Below, in pieces: positions 63,171 through 64,000 of a DNA stretch of 64,000 bases. The stretch is from positions 10,168,001-10,232,000 of the forward strand of contig OY740814.1 of assembly GCA_963514005.1 (NCBI GenBank). The letters run 5' to 3'. How positions within the stretch are numbered: position 1 is the stretch's first letter; the number at the start of each line of letters is the position of its first letter. The DNA comes from Raja brachyura (taxonomy: Eukaryota). Both the position numbers and the translations under genes were made by a program. Under the pieces are notes generated by a model that had not been told where the DNA came from, ran no database searches, and worked only from the letters and a program-made list of their open reading frames with translations.

Positions 63171-64000
63171 CAACCTCATTGCCTGAGTGAGTTTGAATGA
63201 TCTCATCTTCAGTAATCAGCTACTGATAAACAATAACCTTTAAGCCATTTCTAAGAAAATTATGTTTTAAAGATACATTTAAAACTCGGAGAGAGAGGTT
63301 TAATGAGGAATTGCCGAGTTTAAGGTAAGTGGTCAGAATTAGGTCTGTCAAGATCTCAGAAGGTTTTGGGGGTAAAAGGAGGTCATAATGGTGAGAAGAA
63401 GTGAGGTCAAGGAAAGAATCATTAAAAAAAATTACAGTTATATATGATTTTTAAAAATCTCAGATGATCTTTAGCAGTGTCGTGTGACCTGGACTTCGAA
63501 ATCTTAATTGTTAAATGTGGATAGTTGTTCTGAGGTTAAAGTGGAACAAATGGGATTCCTTGATGAGATGGGGACAGAAAGGCTATCCTGGGCAGATGGG
63601 AATGCGGAGTTTAGGTTACAATCTGATAAATTATAATGTTAGGAAATGGCAAAAACAGGCTCAAGGGAACACGTGGCCTACTCCTGTTCCTAATCTGCAT
63701 GTTTATTTGTACCAGACAGATTGACATAGTAATGTAGAGTGGAGGAAGTTACCGCTGAGATGTTCTTAGTGTAAATTACTTACATAAGTTCCTACATCCT
63801 TGAAGCAATAGGACTAGTTCAAGAGGTCTGAGAGGGGAAAAAAATCACCTCGTCTCTGCCCTAAATCCCATATTTTTTAAACAGTGACTCCTGTTTCTAT
63901 AATCTCCACACTGATTTTATCAAGACCTCTCTGGCTTTTGTATGTTTCAGTCCCATCATCAATTAACAACTAAACTACAGTAGGCACATTCCTAGCCTGT

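Noticed and set aside
1-64000. Numerous 60-160 aa ORFs in the track
   Set aside because: They are chance ORFs, antisense shadows of transposon ORFs or transposon fragments. Only the ARNT2 exons and transposon-derived frames have motif support.
1-64000. CRISPR array, operon or other prokaryotic system
   Set aside because: No regular repeat-spacer array. The spliced gene and SINE/LINE content show vertebrate nuclear DNA.

Overview
This is vertebrate genomic DNA, most likely a cartilaginous fish (skate, ray or shark), inferred from HE1/V-SINE, DeuSINE, CR1 and Penelope-like repeats. The window lies inside a + strand ARNT2-type bHLH-PAS gene. Six coding exons (2204-2355, 10454-10529, 10717-10840, 31364-31463, 34668-34809, 50042-50210) join in frame across GT-AG introns. 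The 5' exons lie upstream, and I found no further 3' exons before the window ends. The introns are full of transposons: two IR/DR Tc1 copies, three Harbinger-type MITEs, a young Rex1/Babar RT insertion, CR1/L2 LINEs, SINEs and Penelope-like fragments with hammerhead-ribozyme-like motifs. There is also a heavily decayed ~5.5 kb minus-strand relic resembling an Academ (transposase + XPG) DNA transposon, plus several template-switch scars and hairpins. I see no prokaryotic system or CRISPR array, and no clearly new biological system. Family assignments come from recalled motifs, not database searches.
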